Assembly: GCA_045862955.1 (NCBI GenBank)
Contig: BTVI01000003.1
Span: forward strand, 1 to 64,000
Direction: 5' to 3'
Length of the DNA stretch: 64,000 nt
Source of the DNA: Fimbriimonadales bacterium
Lineage (GTDB): Bacteria > Armatimonadota > Fimbriimonadia > Fimbriimonadales > JABRVX01
The position numbers and the translations under genes were made by a program. A model generated the notes under the pieces. That model did not search any database. It was given only the letters and a program-made list of their open reading frames with translations, and was not told the DNA's origin. Positions 46,263 to 56,825 of this stretch are shown here, in pieces (position 1 is the first letter of the stretch; each line of letters starts with the position of its first letter).

Positions 46263-48464
46263 TCAGGGCGACGGTGCGGTTGCCTGCTCGGTAGAACCCG
46301 GCGACTTGTAGGAAGGCAGCGGGATGCGCCATGCGCCGCGCCCGTGCGTGGCAGCCGTCAGGTAGCCGGTGCGCCGGTTGAGCGATAGGCTCTCGACCGG
46401 AGTGTGCGGGATGCCCTTGCCGAAGCGCTTCCACTGCCCTCCCCCGGTGTTCGACACGAACACGCCGCAATCCAGCGCCACGTAGATGTCGTCCGGTCGG
46501 GTAGGGTCAATGGCGATGTGACGCACGGGAGCATCCGGAAGGTTGTCATCTACCGAGCGCCAGGAACCACCCGCGTTTTCCGTGAGGAACACGTGCTTGT
46601 TACCGAACCCGGCCAGCCCGACGATCACCCTACGCGGCGAGCGAGGGTCTACGGCGACCCAAGTGATCCACTGCGCGGGCAGTCCCGCCGAGATGTCGTA
46701 CCACTGTTCACCCGTGTTAGGAGTGACCCACATCCGCCCCCACCGGTTGCCGCAGTAGATCACCTCGGACTTGCCATAGGCGATACCAATCGCGGATATG
46801 GGGCCGATGTCACCGCTGATAACCTTCCACGTGTCGCCCCCATCGGTGGTGCGCGACGCGCGGAGGGCCCCCGCAACCAGGATGTCCGGGTCGTTCGGGT
46901 CCATGGCATAGGGTGCATAGAACAGCGCGCCCGTGCGGTCGATCCTATCGGCGATGGACTGCCAGCTCTCGCCCCCGTCGTCCGACTGATACATGGCAAG
47001 CCCTACGTAGGTGGAATAGGCCCGCTTGGGGTTCTTATAGTTGAAGAGACTGATGCCACCGTCTCCCTGCACCGATATCCGCCACACGGGGTTGCCGCGG
47101 TACTTGAGTGTGCCGTTATCCTGTGTGCCACCAATGGCATCGTATGGGTCCCACGGGTGCGTGTCTATGGTTTCGAATTGGATGTTGGCCAGGCCGGTGT
47201 TGATGGCACGCCAGGTGTCGCCTCGGTCATAGGTGACGAACATGCCGCCATCGGTGGCGCCATAGAGCACCTTCGGGTCGTGTGGGTCGAAGGCGTACCC
47301 GTGCCAGTCGGGATGAACGCCCCACTGGAAGGACCGTGCTGCGTCGATCCAAGTCTCGCCGCCATCCAAGCTGCGGAAGCAGCTGGAGCCCGCCGCATAC
47401 ACCACCTTCGGATCGTCCGGCCCGCATGCGAGGAAGTTATCGTACCAGCTGCCGTAGTTCGGTGCGTTGGGGAGGTGCACCCACGTTCGGCCGCCATCGT
47501 CTGTTCGGTACATGACGATGCCCGCATCGGTGACATAGGAGACGTACACGGTGTTGGGCACGTCGCGGCACTGGGCGAGTTGAGTGCGACCGAAGGTGCC
47601 TGGCGCGCGCAGTCCTCCCTCGAGCATCTCCCACGTGTTCCCCGAGTCATTCGTCTTGAATACACCTTCTTTGGGTGGGGTCCCACCACAGGCGTAGAAG
47701 GTATCCGGCTGCTTGGGGCTGTTGACGACGTCGCGGAAGTAGCCCTCGAGCAGTCGCGTCCAGGTGTTGCCTCCATCGAGAGAGCGAAAGAGACCGCGCG
47801 ATGTGGCGGCCAGCAGCAACCCCGGGATCTTGGGGCTCGCGGTCAGCTTGGCCCAATACGCGCCCGCGAACTGCTCTTCGGCCAGCAGCTCCCATGTGCG
47901 GCCCGCATCCATTGAGCGCAAGAGCCCCGCACCGAAGTAGCTGTCTCCGGAGCCGTGCGCCTCACCAGTGCCCGCGTAGATGATGTCCGGGTTGAATGGG
48001 TCGAGAATGAGCGAGCCGAAAGAGAGAGACGCCTCGAAGTCCGAGAGCGGCTCCCAACTCGCACCCCGGTTGGTGCTCTTGAACACTCCGCCGTGCGATG
48101 CGCCGATGTAGATGCGGTTGGTGTTGCGCGGGTCCACCGCGATGCTACTGACACGCCCCGCACACTCGTACCCGCCCCATCCATCGCGGAGTTTGCTGGG
48201 ACCGATGAACTCCCACGCGGGCACGTTGCCCTTGGCATCCGTCCAGTAAGGCAACTGGAGAGCGGCCAGCCAGGCCGAACGCCGCGCCTGCCACGCGGGC
48301 GCCTGGGGCGAGACGCGGAGCTGGTCGAAGTACTCCTCACGCTGCTCGAGTAGCTTGGCATACTGAGAGACGAGCTGTACGGGCGGGCGGTCTTGCGCGT
48401 CCTTCGGTGGGCCTATTTGTACGAGAAAGGCGGCGAGCACGACCAGCGATGCAACGAACCCCAT
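46263..48464 (-). CDS. Secreted BNR/Asp-box beta-propeller protein (VPS10/sortilin or GH74-like)
   Basis: Many SxDxGxTW repeats, AGRVSSIAVDP, YAGTGE, GGTQDNG, ATHGRGAW. Confidence 0.85.
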   Translation of the reverse strand: MGFVASLVVLAAFLVQIGPPKDAQDRPPVQLVSQYAKLLEQREEYFDQLRVSPQAPAWQARRSAWLAALQLPYWTDAKGNVPAWEFIGPSKLRDGWGGYECAGRVSSIAVDPRNTNRIYIGASHGGVFKSTNRGASWEPLSDFEASLSFGSLILDPFNPDIIYAGTGEAHGSGDSYFGAGLLRSMDAGRTWELLAEEQFAGAYWAKLTASPKIPGLLLAATSRGLFRSLDGGNTWTRLLEGYFRDVVNSPKQPDTFYACGGTPPKEGVFKTNDSGNTWEMLEGGLRAPGTFGRTQLAQCRDVPNTVYVSYVTDAGIVMYRTDDGGRTWVHLPNAPNYGSWYDNFLACGPDDPKVVYAAGSSCFRSLDGGETWIDAARSFQWGVHPDWHGYAFDPHDPKVLYGATDGGMFVTYDRGDTWRAINTGLANIQFETIDTHPWDPYDAIGGTQDNGTLKYRGNPVWRISVQGDGGISLFNYKNPKRAYSTYVGLAMYQSDDGGESWQSIADRIDRTGALFYAPYAMDPNDPDILVAGALRASRTTDGGDTWKVISGDIGPISAIGIAYGKSEVIYCGNRWGRMWVTPNTGEQWYDISAGLPAQWITWVAVDPRSPRRVIVGLAGFGNKHVFLTENAGGSWRSVDDNLPDAPVRHIAIDPTRPDDIYVALDCGVFVSNTGGGQWKRFGKGIPHTPVESLSLNRRTGYLTAATHGRGAWRIPLPSYKSPGSTEQATAPSP

Positions 48465-48789
48465 GCACTCCCGTTACGCCATCGAAATCCTCCTTCCTGC
48501 CCCGGTGACCTCGTGGCAGTAGGGGTTACCAGTATCGCAACAGTCGGCACACTGGCTGGACCTACGCGCTGCCCACACCTGCCCATGCGGTCTCGGGTCT
48601 GCCGGCATTCGAGAGCCATGGCGCTCACGGGCGATGCGGCCAACGGTACGGGGCAGCGAGCTGAGAGCCCGTGGGCCCCTCCGCGTATTCCGCTCTCATT
48701 CCGAGCCAGCCCGCAGTAGTGGTGGAGACATCAGCGCGCAGCAGGGCGGCAGCGATCGACGGGAGACCTGTCGCGGTAAACTGAGCCCC

Positions 48790-49530
48790 ATGCGACACAA
48801 GGACCGGACCGCCTTGGTCACCGGCGGCTGCCGGGGCATCGGATTGGCGGTCGCGCTGAGGCTGGCAGAGGAAGGCGCCGACGTCGCCATTATCTCCATC
48901 TCTCCCGAGTGCGTGGCAGCGGGCGTCGAGCGCATCCGCGCCCTCGGACGTCGTTCCGTGGGTGTCCCCGCCGACGTCTCCAAGACCGAGGAGGTGGAGC
49001 GGGCCTTCGGCCTGGTGACTCAGGAGCTCGGCGACATCCACTATTTGGTGAACAATGCCGGCGTCACCCGGGACCAGCTCCTGCTGCGGATGAAGGACGA
49101 GGACTGGGACCGCGTGATCAACGTGAACCTGAGGGGGGCCTTTCTGTGCACGCGCCAGGTTACGCGCTCGATGATGAAGAACCGCTTTGGCCGCATCGTG
49201 AACATCAGCAGCATCGTGGGCCTCGGTGGGCAGGTGGCGCAGGCGAACTATGCGGCGAGCAAGGCCGGGCTGATCGGGCTGACCAAGAGTGTTGCGAAGG
49301 AACTCGGCTCGCGGGGTATCACATGCAACGCCGTCGCCCCGGGCTACATTCAGACCGAGATGACCCGGGACTTGCCGGAAGAGTTTCGAAGCTGGGCTGA
49401 GGAGCACGCGCCGCTGCGGCGCCTCGGATCGGTCGAGGACGTAGCGGGCGTGGTCAGTTTTCTGCTGTCCGATGACGCTGCGTTCATCACGGGTCAGACG
49501 CTGGTGGTGGACGGCGGGCTAACTCTATAG
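48790..49530 (+). CDS. fabG: 3-oxoacyl-ACP reductase
   Basis: VTGGCRGIG, NNAGVTRD, NYAASKAG; upstream of acpP; TAAACT 7 nt before ATG. Confidence 0.95.
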   Translation: MRHKDRTALVTGGCRGIGLAVALRLAEEGADVAIISISPECVAAGVERIRALGRRSVGVPADVSKTEEVERAFGLVTQELGDIHYLVNNAGVTRDQLLLRMKDEDWDRVINVNLRGAFLCTRQVTRSMMKNRFGRIVNISSIVGLGGQVAQANYAASKAGLIGLTKSVAKELGSRGITCNAVAPGYIQTEMTRDLPEEFRSWAEEHAPLRRLGSVEDVAGVVSFLLSDDAAFITGQTLVVDGGLTL

Positions 49531-49578
49531 GGGACCGGGCCGCCGGGTGGTGGTCCGAAGCACGGAAGGAGTGAACTT

Positions 49579-49818
49579 ATGGACCAGGCAATTTACGAGC
49601 GCGTCGTGAAGCACGCAGTGGAGCAGCTGCACGTGAAGCCGGAGGACCTTACGCCGACGACGTCCTTCGAGGGCGACCTCAACGCAGACTCGCTGGACGT
49701 CGTCGAACTGGTGATGAAGCTGGAGGAGGAGTTCGGGGTCGAGATCCCGGACGTGGACGTGGACAAGATCAAGACCGTCGGCGATGCCGTGGAGTACATC
49801 TCCGGCAAGCTCGGCTGA
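49579..49818 (+). CDS. acpP: Acyl carrier protein
   Basis: [21 protein letters not shown]. Confidence 0.97.
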   Translation: MDQAIYERVVKHAVEQLHVKPEDLTPTTSFEGDLNADSLDVVELVMKLEEEFGVEIPDVDVDKIKTVGDAVEYISGKLG

Positions 49819-49833
49819 CCGACGGCGATACTG

Positions 49834-51093
49834 ATGGCTGAACGCACGCAACCGGCCCACCGCGTCGTCGTTACCGGCATCGGCGTCGTCACACCGATTG
49901 GCCTGAACCTGCGCGAGTTCTGGGAGGGCTGCCTCGAAGGCAGGTCTGGCGCGGGCCCTATCACGCTGATGGACGCTTCGGCGTACGACTGCCGGATTGC
50001 CGCCGAAGTGAAGGGCTTCGACCCGAGCGCGTTCATGGACCCCAAGACCGTGCGCAGGTCCGACCGCTTCACGCAGTTCGGTATCGCTGCCACAGAGATG
50101 GCGCGCCAGGATGCTGGGCTAACGATCGACGAGTCGAACGCGGAGCGCATTGGCGTGATGATCGGCTCTGGCATCGGCGGCATCGGCAAGCTGGAGGCCG
50201 AGTACGATGTGCTGATGGAGAAGGGCCCCAGTCGGGTGAGCCCTCTTCTCGTTCCCATGATGATCCCGGACATGGGCTCGGGCATGGTTTCCATTCAGCT
50301 CGGCGCGAAGGGGCCGAACTCGTGTGTGGTGACCGCGTGCTCGACCGGCACGAACGCCATCGGAGATGCCTACCATATCATTCGTCGGGGGGATGCCGAC
50401 GCGATGTTCGCGGGTGGCACAGAGGCGCCGATTACGAAGACGGGTCTCGGCGGTTTCTGCGCCGCCAAGGCCGTAACCTTCCGGAACGACGATCCGCAGC
50501 ACGCCAGCCGGCCCTTCGACAAGGAGCGGGACGGCTTCCTAATGGCCGAAGGGGCAGGCGTGCTGGTGTTGGAGCGCCTGGAGTTCGCGAAGGCTCGAGG
50601 TGCAAGGATTTATGCCGAGATCGTAGGATACGGCATGACGGGGGACGCCTTTCACATCACGCAGCCCGATCCAGAGGGTGACGGGGCTTACCGAGCGATG
50701 CGCATGGCGCTCGACACAGCGGGGCTGCCGCCCGAGTCGGTGGACTACATCAATGCCCACGGGACATCCACCCCTCTGAACGACAAGTTGGAGACATTGG
50801 CCATCAAGCGAGCGTTCGGCGATCATGCCAGGAAACTCGCCATTAGTTCCACCAAGTCCATGGTGGGCCACCTCTTGGGGGCTGCGGGGGCGGTGGAGGC
50901 CGCCGCCTGCCTGATGGCTATCCAGACCAACACGCTGCCGCCGACCATTAACTACGAGGTACCCGACCCCGAGTGCGACTTGGACTACGTGCCCAACACG
51001 GCTCGGGACGCCAGGGTGAACGTCGTGCTGTCCAACTCGTTCGGGTTCGGGGGGCACAACGCCACCATCCTGTTCAAGAGGTTCACCGACTAG
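49834..51093 (+). CDS. fabF: Beta-ketoacyl-ACP synthase II
   Basis: [39 protein letters not shown]. Confidence 0.97.
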   Translation: MAERTQPAHRVVVTGIGVVTPIGLNLREFWEGCLEGRSGAGPITLMDASAYDCRIAAEVKGFDPSAFMDPKTVRRSDRFTQFGIAATEMARQDAGLTIDESNAERIGVMIGSGIGGIGKLEAEYDVLMEKGPSRVSPLLVPMMIPDMGSGMVSIQLGAKGPNSCVVTACSTGTNAIGDAYHIIRRGDADAMFAGGTEAPITKTGLGGFCAAKAVTFRNDDPQHASRPFDKERDGFLMAEGAGVLVLERLEFAKARGARIYAEIVGYGMTGDAFHITQPDPEGDGAYRAMRMALDTAGLPPESVDYINAHGTSTPLNDKLETLAIKRAFGDHARKLAISSTKSMVGHLLGAAGAVEAAACLMAIQTNTLPPTINYEVPDPECDLDYVPNTARDARVNVVLSNSFGFGGHNATILFKRFTD

Positions 51094-51096
51094 GTA

Positions 51097-51507
51097 TTGG
51101 TATCCGAGGCTGCAGAGCTGATGCGAGCGGAGGATGTGCCTCCGGGCCACAACGAGCCGTCCCTCGCCGACCGGCGAGCGCTGGCAGGGCTCGTGATGTC
51201 TTACGTCGCTCTTAGTCTGTCCGCGCTGGCGTGGGCTACTGCGCTGGTGTTCCTCGCCGCTTTCCGCAAGGACCTCGATGTGGGCCCATGGCTGGTGCTG
51301 GGTGCCGGGATTGCGTCGCTCGCCGGGTGCGTGCTTTCGTGGATGGCTCGGCGCCGCGTGCGCGATGCCTCGCATCTGCACGCCGCGCTCGACTTCGTGT
51401 CCACGTTCGCTTGGCACGTGTCGTGGACGAGCCTCGTGGTCGTGATGTTCTGCGCATCCCAGGTCTACTCGGCCTGGCAGGCAGCGCAGGAAGAGGTGGT
51501 GCTGTAG
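51097..51507 (+). CDS. Hypothetical membrane protein, about 3 TM helices
   Basis: Three hydrophobic segments directly after fabF; start uncertain. Confidence 0.55.
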   Translation: MVSEAAELMRAEDVPPGHNEPSLADRRALAGLVMSYVALSLSALAWATALVFLAAFRKDLDVGPWLVLGAGIASLAGCVLSWMARRRVRDASHLHAALDFVSTFAWHVSWTSLVVVMFCASQVYSAWQAAQEEVVL

Positions 51508-51588
51508 CCTTCCTGATTGCTCGGACCGCCTGCATAGCCGCCGCCACGCCAAGTCCTGGCAGGAGTCTCTTGGTCCCATAGGCAGGCA

Positions 51589-51617
51589 TACACGAATGTC
51601 TACATGTCGTGTACAAT
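51589..51617 (+). promoter_or_regulatory. uvrA -10 box overlapped by an inverted repeat (candidate operator)
   Basis: TACACGA-11 nt-TCGTGTA (51589-51613) overlapping TACAAT (51612-51617). Confidence 0.45.
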
Positions 51618-51644
51618 GGTCGTTTGCCGAAAAGGGGAGGCCAG

Positions 51645-54554
51645 ATGCCGCAGGACAAGATCGTCGTCGTTGGAGCACGCCAACACAACCTGAAGAACAT
51701 CACCGTAGAGATCCCGCGTGACAAGCTGGTGGTGATCACCGGCCTCTCGGGTTCGGGCAAGTCCAGCCTCGCCTTCGACACCATCTATGCGGAGGGGCAG
51801 CGCCGGTACGTCGAGAGCCTCTCCGTCTACGCTCGGCAGTTCTTGGGGCAGATGGACAAGCCGGACGTGGACCACATAGACGGCCTCTCCCCCGCTGTCT
51901 CGATTGATCAGAAGGGCGCCAGCAAGAACCCCCGCTCTACGGTGGGCACGGTGACAGAGATCTACGACTACCTTCGCGTGCTGTTCGCACGGGTCGGCAT
52001 TCCCCACTGCCCTCAGTGCGGCGAGCCCATCACTCGGCAGTCGGTGGAGCAGATCACGGACGCGGTGCTCGGGCTCCCCACGGGCAGCAAGATCCAGGTG
52101 CTGGCCCCGTTGGTTCGGGGACGAAAGGGGGAGTACAGGCAGGTGCTCCAAGACGTGCACCGGCAGGGTTTCGTGCGCGTGCGAGTGGATGGCCTAATCT
52201 ACGAGGTGACCGACGACATCCCGATGGACCGGTACAAACAGCACACGATCGAAGCGGTGGTGGACCGCCTCGTGGTGAAGGAGGGTATCGAGCAACGGCT
52301 AGCCGACTCCATCGAGACCGGACTGCGGCTGGGCAAGGGGCACCTGGTGATCCTGGGCCCGAACGGCGACGAGCGCATGTTCTCGGAGCAGTTTGCGTGC
52401 CCACGCTGCGACATCAGCGTCGGCGAGATCGAGCCCCGGACCTTCTCCTTCAACAGCCCGTACGGAGCGTGCTCCGAGTGCACAGGCTTGGGTTTTCGGC
52501 GCGAGTTCGATATCCAGCTGATGGTGCCGGACTCGACCAAATCGGTCCGCGAAGGCGCGCTGGCCCCATTCATGCACAAGAGCGGTGATCCGAAGTCCTG
52601 GTACCCGGAGCTGTTCGAAGCGGTGGCGGAGCGTGTCGGCTTCGACATAGACACTCCCTGGCAAGACCTCGCTCCCAAACACGTTGCGGCGCTGATGGAC
52701 GGAGTGGAAGGCAAGGTTTCCGTCCGCCTGGGCAGCCGCTTCGGACGCGCCCGCTACTTCGAGACGGATTTCCCCGGCGTAAAGGCCATCCTTCGCAAGA
52801 AGTATGAGCAGACCGAGTCCGATTGGGTGAAGCAGGACCTCGAGCAGTACATGGCGGAGCGCCCCTGCCCTGCTTGCGGCGGCAAGCGGCTGAAACCCGA
52901 AGCCCTCTCGGTGACCTTGGCCGGGAAGGCCATCTCAGACGTCACCTCGATGTCCGTGAGCCAGGCCGCCGAGTTCTTCGCTCGTCTGCCGAAGGAGTTG
53001 CGTGAGCGCGAACGCTTCATCGCCAGCCGCCTCATCAAGGAGATCCGGGAGCGGCTAGACTTTCTTAGCGGCGTGGGCGTGGGCTATCTGACGCTGGACC
53101 GGACGGCGCGGACGCTTGCGGGCGGCGAGGCCCAGCGTATCCGACTGGCGACGCAGATAGGCAGCGGGCTAATGGGCGTGTTGTACATCCTAGACGAGCC
53201 TTCAATCGGCTTGCACCAACGGGACAACCGCAAACTGATTGGGACGCTGGAGCGGCTGCGCGACCTGGGCAACACCGTGATCGTAGTGGAGCATGACGAG
53301 GAGACCATGCTGGCCGCCGACCACATCATCGACCTCGGCCCCGGGGCAGGCGAGCACGGCGGACATGTGGTCGCGGAGGGCACCGTGGAGCAGATTCGGC
53401 GCACTCCGGGGAGTATCACGGGGGCTTACCTGCGCGGCGAGCGGGCGATCCCAGTACCGGTGCGACGACGCCCGGTGAACGACAAGTGGATCGTGATCCG
53501 AGGCGCTCGCGCGCACAACCTGAAGAACGTGGAGGCGAGGATCCCGCTCGGCGTGTTCGTGTGTGTGACGGGCGTGTCGGGCAGCGGCAAGTCCACGCTG
53601 ATCCAGGAGACGCTGTTTCCGCGCCTCATGTACCACGTCTACGGCACTCGAACCGTGTGGGGCCCGCACGACGACATAACCGGCATGGAGCACGTGGACA
53701 AGGTGGTGGACATCGATCAGTCTCCAATCGGCCGCACACCGCGCAGCAATCCGGCTACCTATACCGGTGCGTTCAATATGATCCGTGATCTGTTCGCGCG
53801 CACGACGGACGCTCGGGTGCGCGGATACAAACCCGGGCGGTTCAGCTTCAACGTGAAGGGCGGTCGCTGTGAGGCGTGCCAAGGCGACGGCATCATCAAG
53901 ATAGAGATGCACTTCCTACCCGACGTGTACGTGCCGTGCGAGGTGTGCAAAGGCAAGCGCTACAACCGGGAGACGCTGGAGGTGAAGTACAAGGGTAAGT
54001 CCATCGCAGACGTGCTCGAGATGACTGTCGAGGAGGCCTTAGAGTTCTTCGGCCCAGTGCCGCCGCTCAAGCGCAAGATCGGCACGCTGATGGACGTTGG
54101 CCTAGGCTACATCAGACTGGGACAGCCTGCCACCACGCTTTCGGGAGGCGAGGCACAGCGCATCAAGTTGGCCGACCACCTATCGAAGCGAAGCACCGGC
54201 CGAACCGTGTACATTCTGGACGAGCCGACCACCGGTCTGCACTTCGAGGACGTGAACAAGTTGCTGGGGGTGCTGCATCGCCTGGTAGATCAGGGCAACT
54301 CCGTCATCGTGATCGAGCACAACCTGGACGTCATCAAGACAGCCGATTGGGTATTGGACATGGGACCCGAGGGCGGCGATGAGGGAGGCCAGGTGATCGC
54401 CGAGGGGACGCCAGAGCAGGTCGCGGCCACGAAGGGGACCCATACCGGGCGCTACCTGAAGGCGATGCTCAAGGGTGCGCCACGGGGCGAACTCGGTGCC
54501 AGGGACGGCCGTCCCGTGGGTGAGGCCGAACCCGCTCTCGTGGGCGAGGGCTAA
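51645..54554 (+). CDS. uvrA: Excinuclease ABC subunit A
   Basis: [33 protein letters not shown], two ABC cassettes, Zn fingers; GGAGG RBS before ATG 51645. Confidence 0.98.
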   Translation: MPQDKIVVVGARQHNLKNITVEIPRDKLVVITGLSGSGKSSLAFDTIYAEGQRRYVESLSVYARQFLGQMDKPDVDHIDGLSPAVSIDQKGASKNPRSTVGTVTEIYDYLRVLFARVGIPHCPQCGEPITRQSVEQITDAVLGLPTGSKIQVLAPLVRGRKGEYRQVLQDVHRQGFVRVRVDGLIYEVTDDIPMDRYKQHTIEAVVDRLVVKEGIEQRLADSIETGLRLGKGHLVILGPNGDERMFSEQFACPRCDISVGEIEPRTFSFNSPYGACSECTGLGFRREFDIQLMVPDSTKSVREGALAPFMHKSGDPKSWYPELFEAVAERVGFDIDTPWQDLAPKHVAALMDGVEGKVSVRLGSRFGRARYFETDFPGVKAILRKKYEQTESDWVKQDLEQYMAERPCPACGGKRLKPEALSVTLAGKAISDVTSMSVSQAAEFFARLPKELRERERFIASRLIKEIRERLDFLSGVGVGYLTLDRTARTLAGGEAQRIRLATQIGSGLMGVLYILDEPSIGLHQRDNRKLIGTLERLRDLGNTVIVVEHDEETMLAADHIIDLGPGAGEHGGHVVAEGTVEQIRRTPGSITGAYLRGERAIPVPVRRRPVNDKWIVIRGARAHNLKNVEARIPLGVFVCVTGVSGSGKSTLIQETLFPRLMYHVYGTRTVWGPHDDITGMEHVDKVVDIDQSPIGRTPRSNPATYTGAFNMIRDLFARTTDARVRGYKPGRFSFNVKGGRCEACQGDGIIKIEMHFLPDVYVPCEVCKGKRYNRETLEVKYKGKSIADVLEMTVEEALEFFGPVPPLKRKIGTLMDVGLGYIRLGQPATTLSGGEAQRIKLADHLSKRSTGRTVYILDEPTTGLHFEDVNKLLGVLHRLVDQGNSVIVIEHNLDVIKTADWVLDMGPEGGDEGGQVIAEGTPEQVAATKGTHTGRYLKAMLKGAPRGELGARDGRPVGEAEPALVGEG

Positions 54555-54626
54555 CCGGGACGTTGCACTTGTCGGCGCCTGTGCGGGCATAATTGCTTCG
54601 GGATGCCACTTCAAGGAGGAATCATC

Positions 54627-55886
54627 ATGAGCAGGATCGGCATTCGCCTCGGACTAGCCGTAGCAGCCCTCCTCGTCTCTGTCTGCGCACTCGCACAAGA
54701 CGGCTGGGACTACGAGGTGTCCATCGAGGCGCGCGTGCGCGGTGAGGCTCGCGACAACCGCGACTTCTTCGACGCCTCGAACGACCGTAGGGACGACATC
54801 TTCGGCCGATTGCGTGTCGGCTTTCGAATGTTCAACGAGGAGCAGGGGGTCTCTCTCTTCTTGCAGCCGCAGGAGTCGTACGACCAGTACTACACGCCTG
54901 CGCGCAACGATAACGACCACTACTTCGACATCTATCAGGCCTATGCGGAGTTTCAGGACAACACCAAGGCATGGAAAGTGCGTGGCGGCAGACAGGATGT
55001 GACGATGGGGCGCAAGCGCCTCTTCGGAGCCGGCTATTGGGGCAACTTCGGACGGTCCTATGACGGCTTGCGCATAGACTATGCTGTCACTAGCCAGGTT
55101 AACATCACCGCCTTCGGTGGCACCATTGGCTCGTCGGGCAGGCGGCCGCGGCATCCCGACATCGGCTTAGTCTTCGGTGAGTGGAAGTCGAAGGAAGGAC
55201 CCGCCGAGGTGTACTACATCTACAAGCATGACAATCTCGCGGGGATCTCCAACACCGTGCATACGTTCGGGGCTCGGGCTGAGCGCAAACTGAAGAACGG
55301 CATAGACTTCATCGCCGAAGCTGCATTCCAGAGTGGCGACTATGGCGACAAGAGTATCGAAGCGATGGGAGCATACTTGACAGGCGGATACACGTTCCAG
55401 GCTCCCTGGAAGCCGCGGCTCGGGTTCGAGGTCACCTATGCGTCGGGCGGCGACCCCGCGGATGACAAGTACAAGACCTTCGACCAGCTCTTCGCAATCG
55501 TCCATCCGGAGTATGGGATTGCCGACTATCAGGGCTGGCGGAACATGCGTGCGCTCATGATTGACGTGACGGCGGTTCCCGCCAAGAACTGGCAGTTCCG
55601 TGCCGCTCATCACTGGTTCCGATTGGACAACGCGAAGGATGCCTGGTACGGCTCGACCGGCGGGAAGAACTCGGGGGCTGGAGGCACCTATCAGGACCCG
55701 ACGGGAGCCGCAGGCAAAGACGTTGGTCACGAACTAGACTTGATTCTCACCTATAAGCCGAACAAGGCTTGGGCCGCGGAGATTGGCGTCGCGCGCTTCT
55801 TCCCCGGTAGTTTCATCAAGACCATCAATGGTGGTAGTGCACAGAACTCGGACTGGGGGTATCTGTCGGTCACCTGGTGGTACTGA
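54627..55886 (+). CDS. Alginate export (AlgE-like) outer-membrane beta-barrel
   Basis: Signal peptide (ALA-Q), QAYAE..GGRQ, RSYDGLR, YASGG..TFDQLF..H, GHELDL, aromatic C-terminus. Confidence 0.82.
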   Translation: MSRIGIRLGLAVAALLVSVCALAQDGWDYEVSIEARVRGEARDNRDFFDASNDRRDDIFGRLRVGFRMFNEEQGVSLFLQPQESYDQYYTPARNDNDHYFDIYQAYAEFQDNTKAWKVRGGRQDVTMGRKRLFGAGYWGNFGRSYDGLRIDYAVTSQVNITAFGGTIGSSGRRPRHPDIGLVFGEWKSKEGPAEVYYIYKHDNLAGISNTVHTFGARAERKLKNGIDFIAEAAFQSGDYGDKSIEAMGAYLTGGYTFQAPWKPRLGFEVTYASGGDPADDKYKTFDQLFAIVHPEYGIADYQGWRNMRALMIDVTAVPAKNWQFRAAHHWFRLDNAKDAWYGSTGGKNSGAGGTYQDPTGAAGKDVGHELDLILTYKPNKAWAAEIGVARFFPGSFIKTINGGSAQNSDWGYLSVTWWY

Positions 55887-55938
55887 CAGCTAGCTTCCGC
55901 TACATGCCGTATCCCTCGCCACTGGGAGAGGTGGGTCT

Positions 55939-56146
55939 GTGCGAGGGTGCAGCCGTGCGGGGCCGTCATGCTGAGCCTGTCGAAGCATGCCCTCGCCATC
56001 CGCATGGTAGTGCCCGTCATGCTGAGCCTGTCGAAGCATGCTGCCTCCAGACGCGCAGGTAGTAGCAGTAGAAGATCACGGGCGGCAATCGCCGTCATGC
56101 TTCGACAGGCTCAGCATGACGGCCCCGCACGGCTGCACCCTCGCAC
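55939..56146. repeat. 208-bp element bounded by perfect 51-bp inverted repeats built from family A units (MITE/BIME-like)
   Basis: 55939-55989 is the exact reverse complement of 56096-56146; third unit inside at ~56014-56041. Confidence 0.85.
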
Positions 56147-56413
56147 TGTCCCATCCTCTGCGGGTGTTGAGGGAAGCTCCTTTGGATAAGGGCGACCCGG
56201 AACCGACCACCGGTCGGGGACGAGGGCGGCTCAACCACGCTGTCCACGACTCTCGTCCCGACGACTCCGCATCCGTCCGCCAGAACTGGGATGCCGACCC
56301 TTCCGAGGCCGCTTCGCTTCGGGGGAAGGGGGGGCCGCGCGATTCCGCCTCGACGGCACGTGGGGTGATACGTTGGCGCCTGCCACTTACTCCCACCCCA
56401 CCGACCCCTTATA

Positions 56414-56580
56414 CCGTCATGCTGAGCCTGTCGAAGCATGCCCTCGCTATCCGCATGGTAGTATCCGGAGCCCGTCATGCTGAGCCTGTCGAAGCATGCT
56501 GCCTCCAGACGCGCAGGTAGTAGCAGTAGAAGATCACGTGCGGCTATCGCCGTCATGCTTCGACAGGCTCAGCATGACGG
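56414..56580. repeat. Second cluster of three family A units, a near copy of ~55963-56122
   Basis: Same units and linkers (CCCTCGCYATCCGCATGGTAGT; CTGCCTCCAGACGCGCAGGTAGTAGCAGTAGAAGATCACG). Confidence 0.85.
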
Positions 56581-56738
56581 CGTGGGACGCTGCTGCTCAC
56601 GCGTGGGATGCTGCTGCTCGCTAGGCGTGGGACGCCGCTGCTCACGCGTGGGATGCTGCTGCTCGCTAGGCGTGGGACGCTGCTGCTCACGCGTGGGATG
56701 CTGCTGCTCGCTAGGAGTGGGATGCTGCTGCTCACTAG
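56580..56738. repeat. Tandem repeat of alternating 21-nt and 24-nt subunits (45-bp higher-order unit, about 3.5 copies)
   Basis: GCGTGGGACGCTGCTGCTCAC / GCGTGGGATGCTGCTGCTCGCTAG, seven subunits. Confidence 0.9.
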
Positions 56739-56825
56739 GAGCCTATTCAGGGCTGCTCAGTCTCTGACTGCGCTTGGTACACGCGATGCGAGCACGTTCG
56801 GGATGCCGCGAGGCAGAGCGCAGCG

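Noticed and set aside
41838..46308. Diversity-generating retroelement template/variable repeat pair
   Set aside because: Differences between copies are not adenine-specific and include indels, and no reverse transcriptase is present
46404..47915. Long antisense ORFs (also 3271..4539, 16343..17347, 17468..18724, 50539..51678)
   Set aside because: Shadow frames of well-supported genes on the other strand, expected in high-GC DNA; no recognisable motifs
55939..56738. Possible CRISPR array
   Set aside because: Units occur in both orientations with duplicated rather than unique spacers, the tandem repeat has no spacers, and there are no cas genes in the window
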